From assembly GCF_001194135.2 (NCBI RefSeq), contig NC_068987.1, positions 89,898,252 to 89,957,029 on the forward strand: a stretch of DNA of 58,778 nt. The letters run 5' to 3'. Numbering within the stretch: position 1 is the first letter of the stretch; each line of letters starts with the position of its first letter. Below are positions 12,641-23,858 of the stretch, in pieces. The position numbers and the translations under genes were made by a program. Under the pieces are notes generated by a model. The model saw only the letters and a list, made by a program, of their open reading frames with translations, was not told the origin of the DNA and ran no database searches. The DNA is from Octopus bimaculoides (taxonomy: Eukaryota).

Positions 12641-13714
12641 ATTAAAAGTATAAAAGATTAACTTATCGAGACCCCACCCCATCTAACCGCCCCACCAAAA
12701 AAATATTTAAAAGGAAAAAAGGTGGAGGATTAAGCAGCGGAAAATGGTGAGTGGGAGAGGGAATAACGGGTTGTACATCTCAGAGTGAATAGCTTGTTCA
12801 GCCGCGTTTTGAAGACAGTATTGCAAAGGGTTTGTTGTTGAGAAGGGCCAACAACAATCGCTGCACCAACCCCTTTGTTATTTTAATAACCTCAGATCCA
12901 GCTTCAGTGGGATTTGAACTGAGAAAGTCAAATTACATAATTGAATACTGAAGGACATTTTGTTCGACACTCTTGACTCTGGCAATATTTCGTTTTGTCC
13001 CTTTATATTCTAATTTTAAATCCTAGCATTGTAGACTTTATCTTTCTTCTTTTATCATCTTCCGACATCGATTTAATCGATATCATTCTCAGAAGAATAT
13101 GTTACCATGAATCCTCTGATCATTATTAGCAGAATTATTCGGGAGCCAAACTCGGACTGCAGTGATTAATGGAGTCTTTTTATAGATACAGAGATCAAAT
13201 CAAATTTGCCTTTCATATTCCCCGTCCCCGGATCGATAAGATAAGTGATAATCAACTATCGACTAACCCTCCCCTCAAAACTACTAGCCTTGTGCCCAAC
13301 TCGTCGACGTCATCATCACCATCATCATCATTTAAGACGTCGCACAGTATCCAATATCGTGATGTTGTCCATTGAAAATATTGTCTACGGGATGGGTAGG
13401 GGTTGTACTGTTTGTCAAGTCACATTCTTCTTTCAACTTTGTTTCCATTTCTTGCCGAGTGTCTTTCCGACACATAGGGCAAAGAAACTCGCTGTATACA
13501 TTGATAGGCTATTAAACTAAACACACCAGATTGTTCATTTACAAATGAAAAAGTGAAAAACAGGAAATATGTACATGGATGGTAATCGTTCTCACAGCCA
13601 CAATGCTCTTCTCAATACGTGTGACGTACCAGCTAAAAAAAATCTACTTGCACTACTTGCATGGGTTGTAAGCCAGGGATCATTCTCAAATTATTATCAT
13701 CGAAGGCTGCCTGC

Positions 13715-13916
13715 TAGCAGAGTCGTTAGCACGCCGGACGAAATGCTTAGCGGTATTTCGTCTGCCGCCATGTTCCGAGTTCAAATTCCGCCGAGGTCGA
13801 CTTTGCCTTTCATCCTTTCAGGGTCGATAAAATAAGTACCTGCTGAAGACTGGGGGTAGATGTAATCGACTCCTCCTCTCCCCCAAAACTGCTGCCCTTG
13901 AGGCAAACTTTGAGAC

Positions 13917-13947
<31 letters not shown>

Positions 13948-14157
13948 GATAGCAGCGAGCTGGCAGAATCGTTAGCATAGCAGGCAAAATGCTTAGCGGC
14001 ATTTCGCCCTTCGCTACGTTCTGAGTTCAAATTCCACCGAGGTTGACTTAGCCTTTCATCCTTTCGGGGTCGATAAATTAAGTGAAACACTGGGGTCGAT
14101 GTAATCGACTACTCCCCTCCCCACATATGGGGGTCTTGTGCCTCCAGTAGAAAGGAT
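13715..14157 (+). mobile_element. Two tandem family A SINEs separated by (TTA)n
   Basis: Copies at ~13715-13915 and ~13948-14157; (tta)n at 13920-13948. Confidence 0.85.
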
Positions 14158-14175
14158 TATTATTATTATCATTAT

Positions 14176-14885
14176 GGAATGAAAGTGCAGTGCATGCCGT
14201 CAAAGTGACATTGGGTACAGATATATGTAGCCCAATATACTCATCATGACTACCCATCTGATAAGGGTACACCAGGCACATGCACCACAACCATACGTGC
14301 GCAACATAGTGATCTCATATCAAGATAAACAGCGCATTATCTTGCAGGTGGGGCCCAGTTAGATTTTTTTCAAGTCGAGTAGCCCATCAAGCTCAAAAGG
14401 TCCCTGATTTAGGGTTGTTTAAGGATGTTGAACAAAACATCCATGTTTCCAAAGGTGAATTAAACAAACTCACCAAAATTCCTCTCAACACATGGCTATG
14501 ATACTCCCCCAGTACTTCTGTTCGTGATCAGAGATACGCATATCGTCAGCCACTAAGGGACATACTCAACTGGGTAAGGTCAAGCAACTGACAAGCAAAT
14601 CTGTGGAATTGAGCAGAATATTAGTTGAAAAGTAGAGAAATAATTTGTTTTTATTCTCAAACGCGTGATAATGCTAATAAATAGCGTGGTCAGGATAAAT
14701 TATCCATACATTGCAGAAAAATACGTTACCAGCCAGCCATGCGACTCGAACTCATATCCCTGTGATTACGCGTCAAGTGCTTTACCATTAAGCTAAGCTA
14801 CCCAGTAACGAATTCTTCTGCAATTTTAGAACTTATAAATTTACCATGACAAAACAATGTAGCCCATCTTTTATATTAAGACAAG
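14176..14885 (-). mobile_element. Repeat family E (~450 bp, abutting (TAA)n), split by a tRNA-SINE insertion
   Basis: Homologous to 15070-15510 and 40154-40590. Homology stops at gagcagaatatt (14622) and resumes at tgtagcccatc (14858). Strand is inferred from the tail position. Confidence 0.7.
14623..14857 (-). mobile_element. tRNA(Thr)-like headed short element
   Basis: Minus 14803-14731: gggtagcttagcttaatggtaaagcacttgacgcgtaatcacagggatatgagttcgagtcgc (box A, CGT anticodon-like loop, box B). The 3' half matches both arms of the 27564-27743 palindrome. Confidence 0.65.
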
Positions 14886-15069
14886 GTTAGGATATTATTA
14901 TTATTATTACTATTATTATTATTGTTCAGTAGTTTTATTTTTATAACGTGCTTTCACTTCACTACCGAGCGCACCTCTGTGCGCCTTGGGTATGTGCTGT
15001 GGCTTGCTGTGGTGCTCTTATGTTTACTGTATTGAAAGTGTTTTGCGTAGAATGTGTGCAGTTATTATT

Positions 15070-15510
15070 ATTGAGTGAGAGAGCAGTACACACCATCAAA
15101 ATGACTCTGGGGCACAAATATACGAGGCCCAATATACCCACCGTGACTATCTGTGTTGTGTTTGATATGGTGATTAAGATGAACAGCGCATGACTTTGCA
15201 GGTGGGGCTCAGTTACACTTTTCTTCAGGTAAAGCAGCCGCACCTAGCTCAAAAGTTTCCCAAATAAGGTTTGTTTAAAGATGATGAACGACACACCCAT
15301 GTTTCCAGAGGTGAGTTTATTCAAACCCTAAAGAATCCCTCTCAACACATGATCATCATGGTCCCCACTACTTCTGTTTGGGATCAGAGATGCACATATC
15401 GTCAGCCACCAAGGGACATGCTTAAATGGTTAAGACCAAGCAACTGACAAGCAAATCTGTAATATTGAGCAGAATATTTGCTGTAGCCCATCTTTTACAC
15501 CAAGAAAAAC
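15070..15510 (-). mobile_element. Repeat family E
   Basis: Alignable with 14176-14622 and 40154-40590. Confidence 0.7.
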
Positions 15511-15713
15511 GCATGTCCATGTTAACACGCCCGTTCGGTTAAGATCAAGCTAGTAGAATAGAGCGTCGAACAAAATGCCTTGTGTATTTCTTTTGACTTC
15601 TGAGTTCAAATTAAGCCAGTGTCAACTTTAGAACTGTGGTTGATAGTATCGACTGACTTCTCCCTTCAAAATATGCTGACCTTGTACTTAAATCCGAAAC
15701 AGTTTATATTCTT

Positions 15714-15930
15714 TTTTGCTCTAGGCACAAGGCCCGAAATGTTTTTTGGGGAAGGGGGCCAGTCGATTAGATCGAACCCAGTACGCAACTGATACTTAAT
15801 TTATCGACCCTGAAAGGATGAAAGGCAAAGTCGACCTCGGCGGAATTTGAAATAAGAAAGTAAAGACAGACAAAATAGCGCTAAGCATATCGCCCGGCGG
15901 TGCTAACGTTTCTGCCAGCTCGCTGCCCTC
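15714..15930 (-). mobile_element. SINE family A (just inside the putative mucin intron)
   Basis: Reverse complement of the family A consensus. Confidence 0.9.
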
Positions 15931-16007
15931 GAAACAGTTCATATTCTTAAAAGAAAAACAAAACATAAGGAAGACGGCAAAATTAGTACATTCAGAATTC
16001 AAATTAC

Positions 16008-17386
16008 CTGAAGTTGTTAATCCATCGATTGATGTTGTTAATGCTGGCTCTGTGGTTGTGCTAGTGAGTTCGGTTGTGGTACTTGTAGTGGTTGGTACTT
16101 CTGCTGTCGTAGTGGTTGGTGCTTCCGTTGTAGTTGGTGCTTCCGTTGTGGTTGGTACATCTGTTGTAGTTGTGGTTGGTACATCTGTTGTAGCAGTGGT
16201 TGGTACTTCTGCTGTCGTAGTGGTTGGTACATCTGTTGTAGCAGTGGTTGGTACATCTGTTGTAGNNNNNNNNNNNNNNNNNNNNNNNNNNNNNNNNNNN
16301 NNNNNNNNNNNNNNNNNNNNNNNNNNNNNNNNNNNNNNNNNNNNNNNNNNNNNNNNNNNNNNNNNNNNNNNNNNNNNNNNNNNNNNNNNNNNNNNNNNNN
16401 NNNNNNNNNNNNNNNNNNNNNNNNNNNNNNNNNNNNNNNNNNNNNNNNNNNNNNNNNNNNNNNNNNNNNNNNNNNNNNNNNNNNNNNNNNNNNNNNNNNN
16501 NNNNNNNNNNNNNNNNNNNNNNNNNNNNNNNNNNNNNNNNNNNNNNNNNNNNNNNNNNNNNNNNNNNNNNNNNNNNNNNNNNNNNNNNNNNNNNNNNNNN
16601 NNNNNNNNNNNNNNNNNNNNNNNNNNNNNNNNNNNNNNNNNNNNNNNNNNNNNNNNNNNNNNNNNNNNNNNNNNNNNNNNNNNNNNNNNNNNNNNNNNNN
16701 NNNNNNNNNNNNNNNNNNNNNNNNNNNNNNNNNNNNNNNNNNNNNNNNNNNNNNNNNNNNNNNNNNNNNNNNNNNNNNNNNNNNNNNNNNNNNNNNNNNN
16801 NNNNNNNNNNNNNNNNNNNNNNNNNNNNNNNNNNNNNNNNNNNNNNNNNNNNNNNNNNNNNNNNNNNNNNNNNNNNNNNNNNNNNNNNNNNNNNNNNNNN
16901 NNNNNNNNNNNNNNNNNNNNNNNNNNNNNNNNNNNNNNNNNNNNNNNNNNNNNNNNNNNNNNNNNNNNNNNNNNNNNNNNNNNTAGTGGTTGGTACTTCT
17001 GCTGTCGTAGTGGTTGGTGCTTCCGTTGTAGTTGGTGCTTCCGTTGTAGTTGGTACATCTGTTGTAGCACTGGTTGGTACTTCTGTTACAGTTGTACTCG
17101 TGGTTGACGGCTCTGTTTCAGTTGTACTCGCGGTTGTGGTTGCATCTGTACTTGGTTCATTGGATACTGTGCTTGTTCTTATCGAAGTTGGTAGCTGCGT
17201 GGGGTTGTCACTACTCGAAATGAACGTAAAACTAGTTCCTGTAGTAGCCATTTCCGTCGGAGAGAATCCTTGAGAAGTGTCACTGAAAGTTGAACTGAAA
17301 GGGTTTGTTGTACAGACGCACTGTGTGACACATTGTCCAACGTCGACCAAGTTCAAAAGCAAAAGGAAACCAAAGAATATTTTCAT
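16008..17386 (-). CDS. Coding exon of a secreted/membrane mucin-like Thr-rich protein (signal peptide + PTS tandem repeats; partial, gap 16266-16983)
   Basis: ATG at 17386 gives MKIFFGFLLLLNLVDVGQC (signal-peptide-like), then VTQCVCTT and S/T-rich sequence. Repeats TTDVPTT / TAEVPTT / TEAPTT occur on both sides of the gap. The frame runs to ...LTTS-G with CAG|GTAATT donor at 16008/16007 (phase 1). The frame differs across the gap, whose size is only an estimate. Confidence 0.7.
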
Positions 17387-18130
17387 TGTGTTACGTTTTT
17401 CTATTGACTTAACCGGCCAAAAAGTCAATGAAGAAATATACCCAGTTGGAAAGGAATTATTTCTTCGAAACGGAATACAGTTTTGAAAAACACGACTACT
17501 TTGTGCAGTGCCGTTATTCATGATCATTTCTTCATACCATTTCAAATCAGGAAGAAATTCCGATAGTTTTAAGGAAAGAATTTTCTGTCTGACATGCAAG
17601 TTATCCAACACCGTGTTCATTTTTATCAAACACTCTTAAGAGTTGACCTTCACTTTAACTCTTGTCAACTCTTTCTGAATTAAATTTCGTCTTTTCACTA
17701 ACTCTTCCTCTCTCCTCCTGCACCTCTTCCTCCCGTTTCTCTTCTTTTTTCTTTTTTCTTTTCTTGGCTCAAAGCTTATTAATTGTTATCGATGGTAACA
17801 ACTTTTGTTGATGTTGATATTGTGTGGGTCTTTGTTACTATCGTTATTCTTCTGCTTGCTGTTGTTGCCACTTTTGCAGCTGCTTTGACTGTAGCTGCTG
17901 CTGATGTTGTTGTTATTGGCATCATTACCGCTATTAAAGCTGCTGTTGCTTTTAATGAGAAATCACTTTCGGAGGGAGGAAGAGAGGAGGGGGAGAGACA
18001 GAGGCAGGCATTGTGGTCTCTCTCTACTATTGTAGTGGTGAGTAACGATATGATGGTTACGTTTCCTGCTTGCTTTCATTCGATCCTGCTCGGGTCTTGA
18101 CGAGAAAGATAGCAATCACACCATACCAAC

Positions 18131-18225
<95 letters not shown>

Positions 18226-18318
18226 ATCTATCTCTCTCTCTACATACCTACCTGTCTGTCTATTTATTTACATATCTATGTATCTACATGTCTGTCTGTC
18301 TGTCTGTGTCTGTCTTTG

Positions 18319-18349
<31 letters not shown>

Positions 18350-18528
18350 GTCTATCTACATACCTACCTGTCTGTCTGTCTCTCTCTATCTCTCTACATA
18401 CCTACCTGTCTGTCTATTTATCTACATATCTATATATCTACCTGTCTGTCTATTTATCTACATATCTATATATCTACCTGTCTGTCTGTCTGTGTGTGTG
18501 TGTCTCTCTCTCTCTCTATATATATACC

Positions 18529-18602
<74 letters not shown>

Positions 18603-18694
18603 CATACCTACCTGTCTATCTATTTATCTACCTATCTATATATCTACCCGTCTGTCTGTCTGTCTCTCTTTCTGTCTTTCTTTCTTTCTTTCTT

Positions 18695-18782
<88 letters not shown>

Positions 18783-18795
18783 ACACTCTCTCTTC
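18131..18795. repeat. Compound microsatellite (TCTG)n/(TCTA)n/(TC)n with higher-order blocks
   Basis: Read directly; block tacatacctacctgtct recurs at least 4 times. Confidence 0.95.
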
Positions 18796-19228
18796 ATTAT
18801 ATTTCCAGCTGTTCGCACACGCCTCTGAAATCAAACTTCTAGAAATACATATAAATGTACGCATCTTCATTTCAATGGGGCGTGTCATCAAAACTCTTCA
18901 ATCAATGCTTGGGCATCCATTTACGCTGTAACCAATGATGTGAAAGGCGAAAGAGGGTGGAGGTGGTGGTGGGTTGAGAAAGGAGGGCGTATCCATGGGA
19001 GGAACGATCTGCGGAGGTGGGAACAGGTGTATTGATCTTTTGATACGCGGCCTGAAGTTACTGGCAAATCACAATCTCGTGCATGTCCAATGTATCGTTG
19101 TTGTTTGCCTTCTTCTTCATATTGTAAACAAATCATCGTCGTCGTCATCGCAATGCTCTTATCATCGTCGTCGCTATCTTCTCCTCCTTCTCCTCCTCCT
19201 CATCATCTCGTTGTTGTTGTTGTTGTTG

Positions 19229-19229
<1 letters not shown>

Positions 19230-19265
<36 letters not shown>

Positions 19266-19548
19266 CTCTTTATCACAAGTTTTGTTGGAGCTCCTGGTGT
19301 TTTGCATGCGTAACCTACGGTACCATGCTCTCCGTTCTTTTCAGCTATCTAATACTTTCCTGATTATTCTGGCCGTGCCAAGGAGGCAAACCTTTCGTAA
19401 CAGTTCTACTGGGCACTCTATTCNNNNNNNNNNTGCCAAGGAGGCAAACCTTTCGTAACAGTTCTACTGGGCACTCTATTCCAATTTCCTTTATATTCCT
19501 CTTGATGCCTTCTGATACTGTTCCCAAGGACCCAGCAATAATTAGCAC
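19230..19548 (-). mobile_element. R4/Dong-clade LINE 3' fragment with (TAA)n tail
   Basis: IIAGSLGTVSEGIKRNIKEIGIECPVELLRKVCLLGTARIIRKVL*, then a short 3'UTR and (aat)n at 19230-19265. Confidence 0.8.
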
Positions 19549-21853
19549 ATTATTATTATTATTATTATTATTACTTATTGTCTTTGCACCGCTTCTAACG
19601 CTGGAGATGAACTACAGTGTCAGCTGTTCACTACCAGTGAACTAAGGTAACACCTCATATTTTTCGAGCACCTTCCGGAGTATTCAAGCGGTTCCAAGCA
19701 GTGCTGTTTTCTGCAAGTGCCCTCCCCTATTTGTTCCATGTACTTCTCGAGATATTTACTCACTGTTCCCGGGGCTCCGACAATTATTAGTACTACTGCT
19801 ACCACATTTTTCATCGACCACAACTGCTTAGCCTCCCAAGCTAACCGGTTATATCAATCGACTTTTCTTTTTTCCTTATTGCATACCTTGTTGTCAGCTG
19901 GGTATGCTATATCTATGATCCGGCATCGTTTGCTTTCTTTCTCAAAACTGTCTGGTTTCCTACTCTCTATCTCATGGTCGCACTGACTCATTAAATCCCA
20001 TAGGATCTTTGCTTTGAGTTTGTTTGTATCACTTTTTTACTCTGTTAAGTCCATACTTGTCGCAAAGTGTCCAATGGACAATCCTTGCTATATTGTCATG
20101 ACGTCTCTTATATTCTTTCTGGGCTGGTGCCGTACATTGACTGGTAATATGCCATACGGTTTCACAATTTTGGTTGGCTTTTTTGTTGATGGCTCTTGAA
20201 TACACACCCAGCCTTTGCTTTCCTCGGAATCAGTGTTAGTGGTGTCAAGCACAGTACAAAGCTCAGTGGAGACTGGCAGTGCCCTTTGAAAATGCCTCTC
20301 CTGATTTCTATTGTCCCTAAACTTCCATATGCTGTCAGTTCTGTCCTCCACTTCGCCTTACTTTTTCCAAGCAATCGCTCAACATTCGATACAATACCAA
20401 ATAGGTTCATACATTCCATAATCCAAGAATGCGGCATCTTATCGCACGCCTTACGATAATCGATCCATGATATGGCTAAGTCAATTTTCCTCTTCTTGCA
20501 GCGCCTAAGTACAGTTTTGTCTACCAGGATTTGATCCTTCATACATCTGCACTTACTCTTGCAACCCTTCTGCTCATGAGGTAGGACTCCATTTTTTCCA
20601 GATGTCCGCACATTGACTCTGTCACTATTCCAGTTAATAATTTCCACATAATGTGGCAAGCAGGATATCGGCCTGTAATTGTCTACCGTATTGCCTTTTT
20701 CGATGTTTTTCAAGCACAGCACTGTCCTACCCAATGTCAACCACTCTGGTGTAACTTGGTCGGCATTTAGCATGGTGTTGAGTTGTGCAGCTATTCGTGC
20801 ATGACATTCCCCAAATCTTTTGATCCAGTAGCCTTGAACTCCATTTGGTCCCGGGGCTTTCTAGTTGCCCATTTTTTTTTTTTTTGCTGATTCTCTTCAC
20901 ATCCCAAACTGAAATGACCAGTTCTGTCTGTTTTGGGCAGACTACTGTTTGTTTCAGTTCTTGCAACTATTCAATTCCTTCTTGTGCTCTTTGTGTTTGC
21001 TCCAGATGTCACTCCAAAACCTTTAGCTTTCAATGTCATCTGGTATCAACTTCATCTGTACACTCTCCATTTATTTCTTTATAGAATCTCTTCTGATCTA
21101 CTCTGAATAACCTATTCTGCTGGTATCCCTTTATTCTTTGGTCGTATCTTACCATCTTTACTTTTTTTGCAACGAGGCGCTGTTTCAGTTCCTCCATTAC
21201 CACTTTCAGGTCCTTTCTTTCAAAATTATACTTACTGTTCAGTGCCCTGTATTTTTGTTCGCGTTTAAGCTCCCTCTTCATTTTTCGGTCTAACACAGAA
21301 ATGTCCTTCGAGGGCACATCTAACTCTGCCTGTATTCTTCTTTTCCAGCACGGATCTTTTCTTTTGTCACTTCCATTATGTTTCTTTTTCTTGACATCAA
21401 CACCCACGTTTTCTTCCACAACAATACTTGCTGCCTTGATCAAATTATTTGTTTCTGTGATGTTTTTTGTTCTGATGTATTTCAGAATTTCATTCACATT
21501 TTTCGTTTCTTGGTTCAATTACTACCGATCAACCCTTTTAAGGTTGCAAATAATGTCGCTATCGCTCTCCTGTAGGCTTACCTTTAATCTGTCGTAGATT
21601 GCCCGTCTGTCCTGTCACCATTAGTGTTATTGTCTTCTTCGAAACCATTTATATGTTCCTCATCGAGCAAGCTGTCACTGTTCCTTTCCTGTGGTTTATT
21701 AGAGATTTTACCTCTGTTTTCTGCTATGAGATTACTTTTATCAAAAGGAACTGTATTTTTATCGTTTCCTCTGCTGCTAGTTTCCAATACCCATCTTTTG
21801 ATAGCTTGAAGCTCTACTTCTGTGAACCAAAGTTTTTTTTTTATTGCTCTAGC
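19549..21853 (-). mobile_element. Decayed R4/Dong-clade (RLE-type) LINE, 5'-truncated and internally deleted, with (TAA)n tail
   Basis: ARAIKKN.WFTEVEL; TETNNLI...WKRRI...QNRLFRVDQKRFY. RT: WLTLGRTVL...NYRPISCLP, WIDYRKACD.MPHSWI, RRGIF.G..SPL.F. RLE: YKRRHDNIARIVHW, RKPD...IIDIA, IVGAPGTV. (aat)n at 19549-19572. Confidence 0.9.
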
Positions 21854-23840
21854 AATGTGTTATAGTCTCCTCGCAAAACTAGAGAATGTGACGTACCAAA
21901 AAATTTCACCAGGTCACGAAAATACTCACTTTGTCCGGTTGTCGTGGGTGCATAAATTGCAACCAATCTAATAGTCTTACCACGGCTGAATGTCAAGTCC
22001 ATGACGACCAGCCTACCTTCTGGATCTGAAAAAATTAACTATTTCTCTGAAACCCGGTTTCTTTTTAATAGGACCAACACCCCGCTTCCGCCTGAAGGAC
22101 AGCCTGGAGAAAAAAAAAAAACTTCTCGTAACCGTCCAACAGCGGGAGCAGATCTCTTGGTTCCCTTATCCGGGTTCCCGTAGCAACAACAACATCCAAA
22201 TCTCGTGACCTGATGTCATTAAGGAAGCGTCCTTGCTTCCAGCTTGACATCAAGGTCACGTACATTTAAACAACCAACACGAATGCTAGACATGACCTAC
22301 CTTCCATCAGTGGTTCGAGGTGAATTTACTTTCCACCTCCTTTTCTTTCTCTCGGGCTCGTGTTTTTTTTTTTTTTTACATAGGCCCTCGTAAATGTAGG
22401 GAGAATAATCCATCCTGAGAGGGCCCACATCATGGAAAACTTCGGACTTTATCCGTCCGGCCTATCCTGTAGATGATAAAGTCTTTTGATGTTTTTCTAT
22501 TCGTTTGGCAGACGAAACGACTGTCAAACGGTTGATGAGATTGTTATTAGATGCCTTAATGGCCATATAAGTAATGTCTTCTATTTTTGTTTTTTTTCTT
22601 CTTATTTTCACTTTGGTAGGGGGGGGGTCTGTGTTTTTTTTTTAAACGGTCGACCACCCCTCCTCTTTGTCTTCGCCATTATCGTCGCTCTCCTCCTCTT
22701 GTTTTGATGGTGTTGGTGTCGACTCTACTGATATCGATGACGTTTCAGTTGTTGTTCCTCCTTCCTCTTCTTCCTGCGCTTTTTGGGGCGTTTGCATTCC
22801 GACCTTATGTGGCCCTTCAACCCGCAGTTAAAGCACCTAGGCTTTCTGCCTTCCACGAAGACGATAAGCCTCTCCTCTCCAATGTTAATTATTTCTGGAA
22901 TTTCTTCCAGAGTAGGGACCTCTGTTTGAATTAGCATATTCAGGCGTTGTCCCTTCCATTTCACTTTCTCCGCCACTGTAGCCTGGAGAATGGTTATCTT
23001 TTCCTCCAGGTCCATCAGTATTGCCGCTACTAGCAAGGCAGCATCTACTTCCGGAGGAATATCTGTTATTTTTATTTTCGATGTTCTTCCCATATATATG
23101 GGAAGAAGAACCACCTCCTCGGTTCTCAAAGTTTCTGAAGAGTGCCGCCTGGCTACCTCCTCTGGTATGAACCTCACACTTCGACTGTTCCATATCTCTT
23201 ACTTCTAGCCATGTAAGTGATATGGGACCATTTTTCAATAAATTTTTCTTCAGTTTTTTTCAATCCATTTTTTCTCCACGTTGTAGGTTTTATATATTAT
23301 ACGTCTCTTGTTCACTTCTTCGGTTGTTTCTGTTGGAAGAGCTACTTGTATTTCCGCCCCTTCCTTTTTTAACATTGANNNNNNNNNNNNNNNNNNNNNN
23401 NNNNNNNNNNNNNNNNNNNNNNNNNNNNNNNNNNNNNNNNNNNNNNNNNNNNNNNNNNNNNNNNNNNNNNNNNNNNNNNNNNNNNNNNNNNNNNNNNNNN
23501 NNNNNNNNNNNNNNNNNNNNNNNNNNNNNNNNNNNNNNNNNNNNNNNNNNNNNNNNNNNNNNNNNNNNNNNNNNNNNNNNNNNNNNNNNNNNNNNNNNNN
23601 NNNNNNNNNNNNNNNNNNNNNNNNNNNNNNNNNNNNNNNNNNNNNNNNNNNNNNNNNNNNNNNNNNNNNNNNNNNNNNNNNNNNNNNNNNNNNNNNNNNN
23701 NNNNNNNNNNNNNNNNNNNNNNNNNNNNNNNNNNNNNNNNNNNNNNNNNNNNNNNNNNNACCACAAAAACAGCCTCAACTCACCGCAACAATTCAAAAAA
23801 TTTCACAGGAAACACAGTAAACACGTTCTTATAACAAGAG
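21854..23840 (-). mobile_element. Tx1/L1-clade LINE 5' part: ORF1 (CCHC knuckle) plus ORF2 APE start, truncated
   Basis: ORF1 at 22725-23177: ...VEGRKPRCFNCGLKGHIRSEC. ORF2 ATG at 22293: MSSIRVGCLNVR...DLDVVV, RLVAIYAPT, RGDYN (21859-21870). Frameshifts; gap at 23379-23759. Confidence 0.85.
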
Positions 23841-23858
23841 ACTTGCACTGAGAATAAG

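Noticed and set aside
14731-14803. Functional tRNA-Thr gene
   Set aside because: Acceptor and anticodon stems pair poorly, and the segment is attached to a repeated body seen again at 27.6 kb; treated as a SINE head.
17387-17629. 81-aa N-terminal extension of the mucin ORF in the track
   Set aside because: The signal-peptide-like segment starts at the internal Met (17386); the upstream open frame has no recognisable features.
18070-18931. 250-aa Leu/Ser/Cys-rich ORFs
   Set aside because: Translations of the compound microsatellite.
19377-19480. ~48-bp direct repeat either side of a 10-N gap
   Set aside because: Typical unmerged contig overlap; the Dong frame reads normally once one copy is removed.
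22486-23208. Plus-strand hydrophobic ORFs opposite the Tx1 ORF1
   Set aside because: Antisense shadows of the Lys/Glu-rich minus-strand frame.
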